Source: Bacteroidota bacterium (lineage in GTDB: Bacteria > Bacteroidota > Bacteroidia > Bacteroidales > Prolixibacteraceae). From it: DNA of 64,000 nucleotides. The position numbers and the translations under genes are program-made. The stretch lies in contig JAUXUF010000179.1 of the NCBI GenBank assembly GCA_030684645.1, forward strand, positions 40,279 to 104,278, written 5' to 3'. Shown one piece after another: positions 1 to 9,711 of the stretch. The notes beneath the pieces are model-generated. The model saw nothing but the letters and a program-made list of their open reading frames with translations. It ran no database searches and was not told the DNA's origin. The stretch's first letter is position 1, and each line of letters opens with the position of its first letter.

Positions 1-339
1 TTCCGTCATGTCGTATGTCGTGCCATCCATCATACACATAAATCTACGCTTGTCATCAGGATAGCGTACTACCGCTAAGTGTGGTTTTCCAACGTGTTCA
101 AGTGTAAACCGATATCCAAAGCGTGACAATGGAACTGCTTCCGCTTCACGATAAGACCCTATAGGAGAAGATACTACCTTTACATCTCCATGTGAAAAAT
201 AAACATCCGCAGGATAATTTTTCGTACAGTCAAAACTTTGAACTAATTTTTGTTTGGGTTCTTGTTCATGTCTGTTGGTACAGCATGAAAATAAGCATGC
301 AAATACCAATAAAAAATTAAGAAAAAAAGGTTTTGCCAT
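1..339 (-). CDS. 5' part of a lipoprotein, putative glycoside-hydrolase-like protein (runs off window start)
   Basis: Not in the ORF track; read manually. ATG at 339 opens a stop-free frame to base 1: MAKPFFLNFLLVFACLFSCCTNRHEQEPKQKLVQSFDCTKNYPADVYFSHGDVKVVSSPIGSYREAEAVPLSRFGYRFTLEHVGKPHLAVVRYPDDKRRFMCMMDGTTYDMTE. Has a lipobox-like LFSC and lies 26 bp downstream of the preceding gene. The GH-like call rests only on context. Confidence 0.7.
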   Translation of the reverse strand, partial: MAKPFFLNFLLVFACLFSCCTNRHEQEPKQKLVQSFDCTKNYPADVYFSHGDVKVVSSPIGSYREAEAVPLSRFGYRFTLEHVGKPHLAVVRYPDDKRRFMCMMDGTTYDMTE

Positions 340-365
340 CTCTCTGCTTTTTATAAAATAAATTC

Positions 366-2459
366 TTACTCGTTTACGATTAATCTAACCTGCCAGGGAC
401 CAACCTCCGGAATGATAAATTTCTGATACGGTCCGTCTGACCCCATCGACCGGATGACGGTTTCCCGGCATGCCATATCGTAGAGTTTAATGGTCTTATT
501 TTCTGTCCGTAACATCAGTATTACGTTTTTAGCGGGATCGAATGAAGAATTGGTGAAAGCCAGGGCTATCTTTCCGTTTTGCGGTTCACGTATCCACAGG
601 TTGATCTTCTGGAAGGAAGCAATATAACCCGACAGTTTATCTTTAGAAAGCCAGCGAAAAACGGCTTTCATTTGCGAACTTTTAGAGAGGTTTTCCATGA
701 AAATCCAGGGATAATATCCTGCCACGCAAATACGCCCACCCAATTTATTTTCAAATATTCCTGACGTACAGGCCGAAACTTCTCTGCCAGTGTAGTCAAC
801 TAAACCGGAAAGCGCCTGAGCTTTTTCGCCGGTTTTCCGGAGTGTAAAGGCAGGTGATTTCCAAAACGATTGCCGGTTATCACGTTTCCTGCCGGCAAAT
901 TGGCCGTTTAGTGGATGGCTGGTGAATTTCTCAATCCGGTCAATTTTTTCTGAACCCACCACTTCGAAGCCGGTTAGGTCGCCAAATCCCATATCGTTCA
1001 ATTGCTGTAATGTTTCGGCATCCATATAAACTCCGCCGGAAAGCAGGGTTTTGATCTCCTCCTTCGAAAGGGCAAAAACATTATCCTTGCCAATGATCGT
1101 AACCTGTGCGTTTTTACCTGAATAACAAGTTGGCAACCCAATGTTGTAAAGATCGTGGCTAACCAGCGGATTTCCTGAACTTAGCCAGTTGCCCTCCGCC
1201 AATTTCCCGGTAATAAAACTGTTTTTATTCCAGAAAGTTTGGATTCCTGAAATTTCAGTACGCCCCAAGGATTTGGCCAGCAGGTCAAAAAATGGTCTGG
1301 ATTCCTGCAACCGGGCCACAAGCGGCTCGTATTCATCAAGTGGCTCATCGTACATGGAAAGCACATTAAAGGCAGCCCCGGTACAGCCTGCCGCAATATG
1401 CGAACAGGCTTCGAGCACTACCATATTGGCTGCTTTTTTCAACCGTTGATAAGGAAAGCATTCAATCTCTGACTGGATGGAAATCACCTCTTCAGGCAAT
1501 ACAGAAACCTGCCTGCCAATATCGTGCGACTTTCCAACCAATTCATTGGTATTGTTGTCGTTATAATAGCCACCTCCTGGTCTCCACATCACCGGGATAT
1601 GGTTGGGGCCGGCAAGTATTTTTGCCCAGTTGTCAAAATCGTAACCTTCATAAAACCGGTCGCCGGTCATAAAACCAAGAGGCATGGCCTGATTAATTCC
1701 GTGCACTGTTTTTTCAATCAGTTCAAAAAGACGGGAAATGGTATTCCGGTTGTGTTGGAGCCATGCTTCCCGAAGTATCAGCTTTTCTTCCACGGGGCTT
1801 TCATCCAGCGCTTTTTTCAGACTTTCACGTGAGTATTTCATGCCTGCTTCTTTCTCAAAAATCTTCAGGCAATTATCGCAAAAACAGCCAAGCCCGATGG
1901 GCATGTGGCCGAAACGGATATCATCATCAATCCAGATATAGTCAGGATTTGCCTGTGCGGTTAATTGATAAATATTCCGGATATATTCCCGCATATTTTC
2001 ATCATTCGGGCAAAAAGAACCATGACATACCTCCCCGTCAATGTTGGTCATGAAGGTATAATTGCCTTTCAGCGAGTTGTCCAGATTTTCATTGTGATGG
2101 CCAATGGTAGTCAAAATGTTGATCCCGGTTTTGAACCCCCTTTTCCGGGCCTGTTCCATACGTTCCTTTAAAATTACGGTCCGCTGCCTGATAACATCAG
2201 GAGGAAGCGGGGCATGTGTTTCCGAAGTAAAAAAAGTGATCTCGTCAGTGACGCTTTTGTACTTGTCAAACAAATCGAAAAGCTCATTACAGCGAGTTTC
2301 AGACATCCAAATCGGAACTCCGATCCGGAAAGAAATGAAGGCCTTCTCAACTTTTGTATTCTTTGAACCGGATGGTTTTGCAGATCCTCCTTGTTTGTTG
2401 GCCACCTGATTGCAACCAAACAGCATGAATACTGAAATAATGACAATAATTTTGTTCAT
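366..2459 (-). CDS. Unassigned lipoprotein with GH42-like architecture (TIM barrel, CxCxxC, trimerisation-like domain)
   Basis: 697 aa ORF with lipobox LFGC. Motifs DYIWIDDDIR, GCFCDNCL (resembles the GH42 Zn-cysteine cluster) and IQSEIE, plus a middle domain ending LLSGGVYMD like GH42 domain B. Confidence 0.55.
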   Translation of the reverse strand: MNKIIVIISVFMLFGCNQVANKQGGSAKPSGSKNTKVEKAFISFRIGVPIWMSETRCNELFDLFDKYKSVTDEITFFTSETHAPLPPDVIRQRTVILKERMEQARKRGFKTGINILTTIGHHNENLDNSLKGNYTFMTNIDGEVCHGSFCPNDENMREYIRNIYQLTAQANPDYIWIDDDIRFGHMPIGLGCFCDNCLKIFEKEAGMKYSRESLKKALDESPVEEKLILREAWLQHNRNTISRLFELIEKTVHGINQAMPLGFMTGDRFYEGYDFDNWAKILAGPNHIPVMWRPGGGYYNDNNTNELVGKSHDIGRQVSVLPEEVISIQSEIECFPYQRLKKAANMVVLEACSHIAAGCTGAAFNVLSMYDEPLDEYEPLVARLQESRPFFDLLAKSLGRTEISGIQTFWNKNSFITGKLAEGNWLSSGNPLVSHDLYNIGLPTCYSGKNAQVTIIGKDNVFALSKEEIKTLLSGGVYMDAETLQQLNDMGFGDLTGFEVVGSEKIDRIEKFTSHPLNGQFAGRKRDNRQSFWKSPAFTLRKTGEKAQALSGLVDYTGREVSACTSGIFENKLGGRICVAGYYPWIFMENLSKSSQMKAVFRWLSKDKLSGYIASFQKINLWIREPQNGKIALAFTNSSFDPAKNVILMLRTENKTIKLYDMACRETVIRSMGSDGPYQKFIIPEVGPWQVRLIVNE

Positions 2460-2622
2460 GGTTATCTGTTTCTAAATTTATTAATCAAAAATTTATTGTG
2501 CCGGATCATTTTATACAAACACTTCAACTATCAAAGAAGTATTCATCAATCCACATTCATGTACTTCATTAACAAGTGGGACTTTTTAAAAACAAAATGG
2601 CAGATTACGAAAAATATATCCA

Positions 2623-5600
2623 TTACTTTTCAGTATTATAAACATCAAATTGACTTATACCTGCATTTCTTGATTTCACCCTTAATTTATCTGTAAGTAT
2701 TTTGTCGAAAGGTTTTGCCCAGATTTTACCATAAGTCATTTCATTATATAAGGTAATCCATTTACCTGAGCTATCTATGTATTGAATTTCAAAAGGATAA
2801 CCTTTCCCTCTGGTTGCAACAGGTAATGTAAAATGAATTTCAGCTCTGCTGATTGATTGCTGCTTTGGAAAGGTTAGTTGCAAGTAATTATTGGTTGAAT
2901 CGGCTGGTTGTGCTTTCCACTCCGTTTTATCGTCACTGTCTGTTGCATTTTTTGCCGGAAAACCCGGTTGTTCACTTGAGGCTGATGCTGTTGCCGTTTT
3001 GCTTAATGAGTTTTCAAAACTCTGTTTCTCTACGATGGGCAATATTTCTCCACTCATTTCTAATTTTACAATAACATCTGCACTATTTTTCGGATAGTCT
3101 TCACATGTTACTTTTATTCGTTGGGTATCGCTATTTACTTTTATTTTTCCATCGGTCAATACCTCTGTTTTTAAAATTGAAAGCGGTATTGGTGGCAGTG
3201 TTATTTCTTTTGTTTCAGGATTGGTTATGTGCAGATAAATGGTGTTGTCTTTGAACACACTAACTCCCCAATCTCCCGCTTTGAACGGCCCGGCTTTTGT
3301 ATCGTATAAACTTTCCCCGTAGTTCGATAGCCATTCCCCGCTAATTTTCTGTTTTTCAATATTTTCGGGGACTATTATACCATCAAGTAAAGGGTCAACT
3401 CCATACAGGTAGCTGTAATCTGTTCCGGCTACCCTAACTATTGTTTGAATACGGTGTTCTAAAGTAGCAAGATTGACAATATCTGCTTTGCGGCTTTCAG
3501 GTGTGACTTTTAACGAAGCAATCTTCCCATCTTTATAGCTACATGTTATTACCGTATTATAAGGGGCGTAAAGTTTAAAATCAACATTCCAATCTTCCGG
3601 AAAACCAGGCAGCAGATATATTTTCCTGTCATCATATTGTATCAACATGGATTGTAATGCATTTATGGTAACACCTCCATGGCATTGGTCGGGTGTCCAA
3701 TCAAAATGTGCATTCCAAAATGCGGGGAAGCGTTTGGGCACAAATCCCTCCAAAGATTCGGATGCTTGAAAGGAATCAGCATAGGGTGCCCTGTCATGAA
3801 AATTTATGCCCAGCAAAAAGGCGGTTTCCTTTGGCAATCCTAAGTATGCGCTAACAGAAGGCATCTGCGACCATCCTCCTGTCCTGACCCATTGCCTATC
3901 GTTAACCCCATCGAGACTGATCATACGTAAAGCAAAAGAAAGCCTTGCAGCATCGAGCATATTATTTTTATAATGGGTAATCTGACGAAATGGAAATACG
4001 GAATAAAATTCAGGGGACTCTACTATTTCACGTCCTACATACCTATCGCCTACGGCTATCAGTGTTTGGCCATGTACTGTTCGCGTAGAAACTTCTGGAA
4101 GTTCTTTTAAGAAGGAACTCCACTTTTGGTAACGGATTTCGCCTATCCTATTTTTATCTATGCTTATTAACCTCCCAAGCAAATATTTTAGACCAGTCAA
4201 CTCAGTTACTGAGTTAATTACCCCCTGATAGGTTTCTACCGCTCCGGTCGGGCCTATTATACGCTTTCCATTAACATCCTTTTTTGGAAACTGAAGATTA
4301 AAAAATTCGATGTAAGCATCGGCACAAGGAAGTAAGGTATCTGCAAGAAATTTTTCATTCGGATTAAAAATGTAATAATCTGTAAGCATTGCCGTTAACT
4401 CGATGCCCGCAAGAAAGTGGGATGATAAATGTGGTGGTAATCTTATACCAAAAACAGAAAGCCCTTTTAAATTTACAGCTTCAACCTGTACGGCCGCATC
4501 ATCGTATCCAAACCAGTTTTTTGCTCTTGCTTTGGCAACATCAAAAGAGCTATTTATATAACTTTTCAATGGTTTCATCAGTTGAAAATCACCACTTGTT
4601 GCCATTGGGTAATATGGATGGCGGGTATTTTGCCACATAAAAGTAAGGTCTCCCCATGCCCGGTAATCGGCATCAACGGAAGCCTTCAATTTCCCTAAAA
4701 AATTCCATGTCCCTTTTGGTGCATCTACGTTATAAATATTGCCATTGAAGGGAACAGGAGTTTCTCCACGATTTGTGCAGCCATTTATATATCGCTGACA
4801 TATATATTTTTGAGTAAACATAAAGGCGTCAGGAAATCCAGTTAGGTATATCCAACTTCTTTTCCAAAAATCACCCCACCATTTCTTGTGTGCAGTAAAT
4901 GCCCTTTCGTTGTTTATTTTTGCGTATTCTTTTGTTTTTGATTCCAGTAGATTTACCCATTCTGAAGGCTTTTCACACTGTTTGGTTAATAAGGTAATTG
5001 CTATATCTATTTTTTTTATAGCGGTTGCTTTTAATGATTGTGCTCCGCTTCTTTTAAAACCTTTCCCTTGCATCAATGAACCAAAAGTAAGAAATTGTAA
5101 CGGGTCCTTTACTTTTTCTTTTATGCCGGAACCTAAACCTTCACTCTCCAATCTTTGACTCCATTGTGTTTCCGATGAATTTTGATGGTACCATATTACG
5201 CTATCAGACTTATTGTTTATTACTACATCTCCGTATAATGCTTCCTGAGATGTTGGTGATTCCGCAATTTTAAGTTTTCTCCATAATTCATATTGAACTT
5301 CTACTGTGCGTATAATATCGCTTGTTCCCTGTAAATGAATTACAGGATTATTTGCATCCATCCACAAACGCATATTTAGGGCCTTACCATTCTCCCCTGC
5401 TTTTATGGTTATCGCTCCTTCTTTCAATTCCAGTGTTTGATTAAACGGTAAACCCTTGACAAATGGATTATCGCTGAATTTCACCCTGACTTTCCCTTGT
5501 TTTATATTAAATTGGTCATCCCCAAAAAAATCAGTACCGCTGATATAAAACTGTAAATCTCCATTTGGTTCTACCCATATATTTACACCTTCAGAGCCAT

Positions 5601-5757
5601 TACCCAGTGGCATTGCGCCATAAGAATTATCACTTGGAGTATTCCATACTACATTGTATTTGGAAATATCTTGTGTACTTTGTGAGAACAGAGATATATT
5701 GGAAGAAATTACAATAACAGTAAAGAACATCTTCAATCTTTTCAATACTTGCTCCAT
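2623..5757 (-). CDS. DUF5703-type GH95-like (alpha/alpha)6 glycosidase fused to a GH29-type C-terminal domain and an F5/8C (CBM32-like) module
   Basis: 1044 aa with signal peptide. N-terminal YNVVWNTPS..AMPLGNG and C-terminal LQSMLIQY..IYLLPGFPEDWNVDFKL are GH95-like. These are followed by GEWLSNYGESLYDTKAGPF..WGVSVFKDNTIYLHI (GH29 C-terminal signature) and ATASASSEQPGFPAKNATDSDDKTEW (F5/8C). Confidence 0.7.
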   Translation of the reverse strand: MEQVLKRLKMFFTVIVISSNISLFSQSTQDISKYNVVWNTPSDNSYGAMPLGNGSEGVNIWVEPNGDLQFYISGTDFFGDDQFNIKQGKVRVKFSDNPFVKGLPFNQTLELKEGAITIKAGENGKALNMRLWMDANNPVIHLQGTSDIIRTVEVQYELWRKLKIAESPTSQEALYGDVVINNKSDSVIWYHQNSSETQWSQRLESEGLGSGIKEKVKDPLQFLTFGSLMQGKGFKRSGAQSLKATAIKKIDIAITLLTKQCEKPSEWVNLLESKTKEYAKINNERAFTAHKKWWGDFWKRSWIYLTGFPDAFMFTQKYICQRYINGCTNRGETPVPFNGNIYNVDAPKGTWNFLGKLKASVDADYRAWGDLTFMWQNTRHPYYPMATSGDFQLMKPLKSYINSSFDVAKARAKNWFGYDDAAVQVEAVNLKGLSVFGIRLPPHLSSHFLAGIELTAMLTDYYIFNPNEKFLADTLLPCADAYIEFFNLQFPKKDVNGKRIIGPTGAVETYQGVINSVTELTGLKYLLGRLISIDKNRIGEIRYQKWSSFLKELPEVSTRTVHGQTLIAVGDRYVGREIVESPEFYSVFPFRQITHYKNNMLDAARLSFALRMISLDGVNDRQWVRTGGWSQMPSVSAYLGLPKETAFLLGINFHDRAPYADSFQASESLEGFVPKRFPAFWNAHFDWTPDQCHGGVTINALQSMLIQYDDRKIYLLPGFPEDWNVDFKLYAPYNTVITCSYKDGKIASLKVTPESRKADIVNLATLEHRIQTIVRVAGTDYSYLYGVDPLLDGIIVPENIEKQKISGEWLSNYGESLYDTKAGPFKAGDWGVSVFKDNTIYLHITNPETKEITLPPIPLSILKTEVLTDGKIKVNSDTQRIKVTCEDYPKNSADVIVKLEMSGEILPIVEKQSFENSLSKTATASASSEQPGFPAKNATDSDDKTEWKAQPADSTNNYLQLTFPKQQSISRAEIHFTLPVATRGKGYPFEIQYIDSSGKWITLYNEMTYGKIWAKPFDKILTDKLRVKSRNAGISQFDVYNTEK

Positions 5758-5834
5758 ATCGTATTTTGATTTACCAATTTGTCAGTGATATTTTTTTTAA
5801 GATAGAATAAACTTTTTAAGCTGGCTCAATTGCC

Positions 5835-7145
5835 TTACTCAAGAATAATAATGGTATCAAGGTCATCCCAACGGTCTGATGATTTGAGTGTCAGATATAC
5901 AGCAGAGTCTGTTTGCTGCAAATCAATAGTATGATTGCTGGAGAATAAACGGGCCGAATTAAAACGACGTTTATCTGCCGGTACAGGAAGTTCCAATCTT
6001 TGCCCTTTAGGCGGCAAGAAAACATGCAGGTAAGTTTTTCTGCCATCAGGTGATTCTGTCGCTACATATTGCGTCCCTGATAATGGTTGACCTTCTTTTG
6101 TGATATATGCCCTTCCAGGACGCGTTCCGAAAAGTGACTCACCGGCTTTATCAACGAAACTGCCTAATTCCTTACAGAAAGAGCGGACGCCAGGTTCCCA
6201 TCTGCCACCGGGATGAGGGCCAAAAGACCAGCAGGTTCCTCCTCCAATCCTATTGCTTACTGTCGCCTGAAGTATCGTATACCGGTAAGCCAATTCAGGA
6301 TTAAATGTAACCGTATTTACTTTTGCCCACCATTCTCCGGTAAGCCTTTGACATCTTACCCAGCTTGTTGCCGGAAAGGGGGGGAGCATATTATCTTCTT
6401 TGGCTGAAAAGTCAGCACATAAAGGATTAAAACCGCTGTTTTGAATTATCCATGATTCCGGATTACGGTCGATTATAGTCTTTCGCAGCCGTGCTGCATC
6501 GACTTGTTCTGGAAGGCCCCCATCAATAAAATAACCGGAAACATCTTTTCCATACCTTTTTCCCAATTCTCCCAAAAACTCATTAATAAAATCGTTCCAT
6601 CGGGTAAATGGAGCGCCATCATTCCACCCTACGCGTTCCTGGTCTTCTTTGGTAAAATCATGTCCGTCACTTGGATGAACATAGAGCAATAAGCGAATAT
6701 TTTTTGCTTTCAATGCCTTTATCATATCCTTAATAACATCGCGTTTTGAACAGTGACCCGGTAATTGACGTTTCATTACCTCGCTGGGGAAAAGCACGTT
6801 CATATTGGCATGAAAAGTAGTAAATACAACGTATTGCGCCCGCATGGATGCCGCCAAAGCAGCTAAATCATTTACATCAAGGTTATCGGCCAACTCATCA
6901 AGGCTTTTTACTTTTGAGGTATCTGCCCACAATGTTGAACCCCATTGATATGGCTTACCAACATACGTATAATGTACGAAAAGTCCCAGTTGCATTTTCT
7001 GAAAAGCGATTCTCTTTGCAGATGCAGCATCATTCCCTGATATTTCTGCATTAGCAGTTACATTTTGTGCCTGTAATTTATTACTGCTTATTACAACAAG
7101 TAATAGAACATAAACAATGTATTCTAATTTATTAAAATTTTTCAT
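5835..7145 (-). CDS. Divergent GH29 alpha-L-fucosidase-family protein
   Basis: 436 aa with signal peptide. Motifs FQKMQLGLFVHY, AQYVVFTTFHANM, RDVIKDMIKALKAKNIRLLLY, nucleophile region YFIDGG and GESLFGTRPG. Confidence 0.75.
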   Translation of the reverse strand: MKNFNKLEYIVYVLLLVVISSNKLQAQNVTANAEISGNDAASAKRIAFQKMQLGLFVHYTYVGKPYQWGSTLWADTSKVKSLDELADNLDVNDLAALAASMRAQYVVFTTFHANMNVLFPSEVMKRQLPGHCSKRDVIKDMIKALKAKNIRLLLYVHPSDGHDFTKEDQERVGWNDGAPFTRWNDFINEFLGELGKRYGKDVSGYFIDGGLPEQVDAARLRKTIIDRNPESWIIQNSGFNPLCADFSAKEDNMLPPFPATSWVRCQRLTGEWWAKVNTVTFNPELAYRYTILQATVSNRIGGGTCWSFGPHPGGRWEPGVRSFCKELGSFVDKAGESLFGTRPGRAYITKEGQPLSGTQYVATESPDGRKTYLHVFLPPKGQRLELPVPADKRRFNSARLFSSNHTIDLQQTDSAVYLTLKSSDRWDDLDTIIILE

Positions 7146-7171
7146 GTCGTTACTTTAATTTTATATACAAC

Positions 7172-9703
7172 TTATTTAACATTGTCGTAAATAGACTCTA
7201 TTGTAACCGGGCCAATTAGTCCTGATGAAATCAAGGGTGAGTCCTTCGTAAAGTAATTCCATGTTGTGAAACAGTAACGCCCCTTTGACGGACGTTGCTC
7301 TTTTTTCAAAAACCAATCGGGAAATTCTTTTAAAAAACTACCGGCCTTGAAATAAGTGTACCCCGGTAACCATTCACAATCAGCAGGCTCCTGTTCGTCA
7401 CCGATCAGACGGTTAGCCCATACATTGGTGATTTGAACCTCGATCTGATTGCCTTTCTCTTTAAGCAACATGGCCGGAAGTTTTACATTCCATGGAGCTG
7501 TCCATACAACGCCAAGATCTTTGTTGTTGAACACTACCCGGGCCACATGTTTCACAACGCCTAAATCCAAATAAAACACAGATTGTTTATCCGCAATTTG
7601 TTTGGAGGGCACATCGAACGAAGTCTTGTAAGTGGCTGTACCACTATAGTATTTAATGCCCGGTTCGGAATAATTTGTCCAATCATCCAAAGATGTAAAA
7701 GTTACCGGTTTTGCAGGGCCGCCCCATACGGGATCAAATGTAACCTGCCACGGTCCCTTGATTGTTAAAACTTCTTTCATTGAAGGAAAATTACTTTTCC
7801 CATCAGGATCAGGTTTAAATGCCTTATTACGGAATACAACGAAATAACTTTGTGCATCATCAAACTTTAAAGGGATGGAAGTTTTATCATTGATCCATTC
7901 AAATTTTGTAAGGTTTCGCGTGGTTCCTGTAACAGGGTCCCAAAGCTCCGGCTGCATTCCTGAAATGTTGAAACTACAGGTTGCGCTGCCAATATTATGA
8001 GACAAATTTGCGACAAAATAGATATTTGTGCTGCCCATTTTCCGATGAATCGATTTTATCTGAAGGCCGCCTTCCGTATTGACTGCACTAAAATCATCTT
8101 CGGATTTTGTGGATATGCTGCCCCATTGTAACAAAGCCTGGCAGCGCTGCCAGTACTTCACCATGGCTTCTGATTGATTCCACCAGGTTTGAATCCGGTC
8201 AAAATGAGAACCCCATTGACCCATGGTTGCTCCTGGCTTGTAGCGATCATCCCAGGATTGCTGTACAAACCGGTGTATAATTATCCGATTTACGCCTGCA
8301 CAGAAAGCGCCATCGCCAATGGGCTTAAACCACGAAGGGGTTTCGCTCCACCTGCTGTACAGAGGTTGGCCGGTGAAGGCCTCCGCCTCAATTATATTCT
8401 GTCCCGATTTTCTTAATGCGGCCACTGTCGGTTCCAGTTGATAGGGTGTATAGGCTCCTTTATCGGTCCAAAATTCAGTCATTACATTATGCACAAGAGG
8501 CATAACATCATCTTGCCGCCATGGCCCGCCATAGGGTTCGCACAAAAAAGTAAGATTGGCCGCACGTAGTTTTTTTGAAATCGTAGTGAAGTAAACATCC
8601 CTATACAAATCTTTAATTGTGGCCTCAAAATCATTTCTGAATTTTAATGAATCTTCCCTGCTTCCGATTTTTCTTCCAGCAAATGTGACGAGGTAGGGAG
8701 TTAAATCGTATCCTCTTCTCTTTAAGAATTCTACCTGCATTTTGGGTGTCCAGGTAGGATTGCCTGCTTCGTAACTATCAAAATGAACATGGGAAAATCC
8801 AGTTCCAATTAAATCGCCCAAATGCTTTTGGATTTCTGAGATAACATGGTCGATATGAAAATCAACCGCTTCCTGGCTCATTTTATCACATTCAAAACCT
8901 GTTGCCTTCCATTGTGCAGGGAAAATAAGCGCTCCCGTGGTCGTATGCCCGAACCTATAAATGGTCCATTCTCCCATTGGTGCATCCCAATCTATCTGAC
9001 CATCGGATTGCATCTTACCCGTTAAATTTATTACACTGTTTTGAGCAATAAAACCAGTGGAAGGCACAGCTAATACTGCAATATCTTTATAATACGTTTT
9101 TCGTGCCGGTATCTCTGGTATCTCTTCCAAGCCTGTTTCGCGATTGTACACAGGGAACGGATGATTTGCCCGTGGATCAACTTTGGGGCGCTCTAATCTC
9201 AAACTGATATGTGAATTACCCGCGACAGTCTGGTTGGACCAGCAAATTTCCTGCATCGAAAGTTCAGGAGTAATCCAGGAGCCACCGCTTGTTTCGTAAC
9301 CCGGACAGTTAAACATCCCAAAATCCATTCCCAGTCGTTTTGATTCTTCAGCAGCATAGCGCACCAGCTTCCACCAGGGCTCTGTCCATGAAATAATCTC
9401 AGGTGTTGGGCTTTTCCCAATCTCGCCTGCTAAAGATGTTGTTATGTCAGCAAGGCTGAACATGGTTGTCCTGTTAAATCCCGCCTTTTTCAGCGCTTCC
9501 AAATCCCTGGTAATACCTACTTTGCTCAAATTCGAACCCATCCACATCCATAAGACTCCGGGTTTTGCACTTTCAGGAGGATTTCTAAAAGCTTCGGCGG
9601 GGTCAGTCACAGCAATAGAACGATATGTTATAACGCTTTGGGCCTTCAGTGTTAAAGAAATAGAAATTATAATTCCAATTGTAAGAAATTTTAATTTTTT
9701 CAT
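7172..9703 (-). CDS. GH106 alpha-L-rhamnosidase-family protein
   Basis: 843 aa with signal peptide. Motifs FRNPPESAKPGVLWMWMGSN, GFECDKMS, HFDSYEAG, EAEAFT, AFCAGVNRIIIHRFVQQ, and C-terminal LDLGVVKHVARV..WTAPW and VTNxWANRLIGD-like segments. Confidence 0.85.
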   Translation of the reverse strand: MKKLKFLTIGIIISISLTLKAQSVITYRSIAVTDPAEAFRNPPESAKPGVLWMWMGSNLSKVGITRDLEALKKAGFNRTTMFSLADITTSLAGEIGKSPTPEIISWTEPWWKLVRYAAEESKRLGMDFGMFNCPGYETSGGSWITPELSMQEICWSNQTVAGNSHISLRLERPKVDPRANHPFPVYNRETGLEEIPEIPARKTYYKDIAVLAVPSTGFIAQNSVINLTGKMQSDGQIDWDAPMGEWTIYRFGHTTTGALIFPAQWKATGFECDKMSQEAVDFHIDHVISEIQKHLGDLIGTGFSHVHFDSYEAGNPTWTPKMQVEFLKRRGYDLTPYLVTFAGRKIGSREDSLKFRNDFEATIKDLYRDVYFTTISKKLRAANLTFLCEPYGGPWRQDDVMPLVHNVMTEFWTDKGAYTPYQLEPTVAALRKSGQNIIEAEAFTGQPLYSRWSETPSWFKPIGDGAFCAGVNRIIIHRFVQQSWDDRYKPGATMGQWGSHFDRIQTWWNQSEAMVKYWQRCQALLQWGSISTKSEDDFSAVNTEGGLQIKSIHRKMGSTNIYFVANLSHNIGSATCSFNISGMQPELWDPVTGTTRNLTKFEWINDKTSIPLKFDDAQSYFVVFRNKAFKPDPDGKSNFPSMKEVLTIKGPWQVTFDPVWGGPAKPVTFTSLDDWTNYSEPGIKYYSGTATYKTSFDVPSKQIADKQSVFYLDLGVVKHVARVVFNNKDLGVVWTAPWNVKLPAMLLKEKGNQIEVQITNVWANRLIGDEQEPADCEWLPGYTYFKAGSFLKEFPDWFLKKEQRPSKGRYCFTTWNYFTKDSPLISSGLIGPVTIESIYDNVK

Positions 9704-9711
9704 TTTCCCTT

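Noticed and set aside
2496-2696. 66-aa plus-strand ORF in the AT-rich intergenic gap
   Set aside because: Low-complexity, overlaps the 3' end of a real gene on the opposite strand, and has no homology cues.
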